Positions 62,927-64,000 of a stretch of DNA of 64,000 bases are shown in pieces. This DNA is from an uncultured Candidatus Saccharibacteria bacterium (GTDB lineage: Bacteria; Patescibacteriota; Doudnabacteria; UBA920), in assembly GCA_964532425.1 (NCBI GenBank), contig CAZHIA010000005.1, forward strand, positions 2,772-66,771, in the 5' to 3' direction. The notes under the pieces are model-generated. The model saw only the letters and a program-made list of their open reading frames with translations, was not told the origin of the DNA and did not search any database. Each line of letters opens with the position of its first letter. The stretch's first letter is position 1. The position numbers and the translations under genes are program-made.

Positions 62927-64000
62927 CTATTCGTTGTCCTTCGTAGATTCGTCTATTCGTAGATTCGATATATTCTCTTTCATCGGCGGGAAGATGACGG
63001 TCTCACGTATGGGCTTGTCGGCCAGGAAGGAGAACAGGCGCTGGGACACGCCAAAACCGGCCGCGGGCGGCATACCGTACTCCATGGCTTCCAAATAATC
63101 ATAGTCGATAAATTGTGCTTCCGTATCCCCTGCTTCCCTGCGCTTCATCTGCTCTTCGAACCGGGCACGCTGGTCAATGGGGTCATTGAGCTCGCCGAAA
63201 CCTTTACCGAGTTCAGTACCGTAGGCAATGATCTGGACTCGCTGTACCAGCTTCGGATCTTCAGGATTTTTCTTAGCAAGCGGTTCCAGCTCTATAGGCT
63301 GGTCGATTAAAAAGATCGGTTTGTCGGTCGGTAGCGTCGCGCGGACCTGCTTGAAAATCGTATCTATCAGTTTGCCGCGATGAATAGCCGGATCGTAAGC
63401 AATCTTCTTGGAATCAAGATAATTTTTCAGGTCCTGGTCGCTGGCCTGTTCAAGATCTATACCGGTGTTCTCTTTGAATAGTTTGACATAGCTGACCTTT
63501 TGCCACTGGCCGCTCCAGTCGCATACCATGCCGCGACTGGTTATTCGCAGGGTGCCAAATGTCTTTTCGATAACGTATTGGTACATTTCCTGCAGCATCT
63601 GCATCAGTTTTTCAAAATCGCCGTATGCCCAATAGAATTCCATTTGAGTATAGTCCTGCAGGTGCTCGGTATCAATGCCTTCATTGCGGAAAATGCGGCC
63701 AATTTCAAAAACCTTTTCGTAACCGGCTACAAGCATTTTTTTGAGCGGCAGTTCCAAGCTGATGCGCAGGTAAAAATCGCGGTCTAAGGCATTATGATGC
63801 GTCACAAACGGTTCAGCTTCGGCACCGCCGGGTATTGGCTCCAAAATTGGCATCTCCAATTCCAGAAAACCGCGGTCAACCAAAAATTGCCGCATATAGG
63901 ACCAGAACTGGCTGCGTTTGATGAATAACTCCTTGTTTTCAGGATTTAACAGGATATCCAGATAGCGCTGGCGCAGGCGAATCTCTTCGTCAGTGAGGCC
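62927..64000 (-). CDS. lysS: lysyl-tRNA synthetase (class II). N-terminal part lies beyond right window edge
   Basis: Catalytic domain motifs. The frame continues upstream past 64000 (…LTDEEIRLRQRYLDILLNPENKELFIKRSQFWSYMRQFLVDRGF). Confidence 0.88.
   Translation of the reverse strand, partial: GLTDEEIRLRQRYLDILLNPENKELFIKRSQFWSYMRQFLVDRGFLELEMPILEPIPGGAEAEPFVTHHNALDRDFYLRISLELPLKKMLVAGYEKVFEIGRIFRNEGIDTEHLQDYTQMEFYWAYGDFEKLMQMLQEMYQYVIEKTFGTLRITSRGMVCDWSGQWQKVSYVKLFKENTGIDLEQASDQDLKNYLDSKKIAYDPAIHRGKLIDTIFKQVRATLPTDKPIFLIDQPIELEPLAKKNPEDPKLVQRVQIIAYGTELGKGFGELNDPIDQRARFEEQMKRREAGDTEAQFIDYDYLEAMEYGMPPAAGFGVSQRLFSFLADKPIRETVIFPPMKENISNLRIDESTKDNE

Noticed and set aside
1-64000. CRISPR arrays, tRNA and rRNA genes
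   Set aside because: I scanned for regularly spaced direct repeats and for tRNA T-arm words such as GGTTCGAATCC. I found only short dispersed palindromic repeats and no canonical tRNA, rRNA or CRISPR architecture.

Overview
This 64-kb window comes from a bacterial chromosome of roughly 55% GC. Most of it is housekeeping genes for translation, replication and the cell envelope. The recognisable genes are rpsB (cut by the left edge), rpmE, prfA-prmC, a ZIP-family zinc transporter, rplY, an FtsW/RodA-family gene, dnaE, thrS, map, two tandem adenylate-kinase paralogues, a CPA2 antiporter, cysS, a dus gene, dnaB, recR, rplU, a WecA-like transferase, a GT2 and two GT39 glycosyltransferases, a pyrH-like kinase, an FtsQ-like gene, murF, serS, a NUDIX hydrolase and lysS (cut by the right edge). 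No tRNA, rRNA or CRISPR array was found. TGA is used as a stop codon, so the standard genetic code applies.

The main finding is a clear Ro60/Rsr homologue (TROVE plus vWA domains, 7507-9249). It sits next to a 2.5-kb stretch (9250-11810) that is free of ORFs but full of hairpins, contains an AT-rich island, and carries a textbook sigma-70 promoter feeding a roughly 160-nt terminator-bounded transcript. This is a plausible Y-RNA-like non-coding RNA locus, but I could not confirm a Y-RNA fold by eye.

The other main observations:
- The genome carries many small repeat families. These include two MITE-like families with terminal inverted repeats, a 60-bp palindrome, a REP-like palindrome with one copy inside dus, and a 32-bp post-stop element.
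- Near-identical elements of about 105 bp, built from 10-bp-phased TTGACAAAA/TTTTGTCAA repeat arrays, abut the start codons of dnaE and recR with no Shine-Dalgarno sequence. A related array precedes dnaB.
- Three further non-coding RNA candidates are bounded by a promoter and a terminator: 29559-29834, 27744-28260 and 37348-37449.
- dus carries an in-frame insertion built from two hairpins.
- A gene at 29889-30611 is flanked by 28-bp inverted repeats.
- ThrRS lacks its N1 domain.

All functional calls rest on motif recognition by eye and should be confirmed by homology and covariance-model searches.
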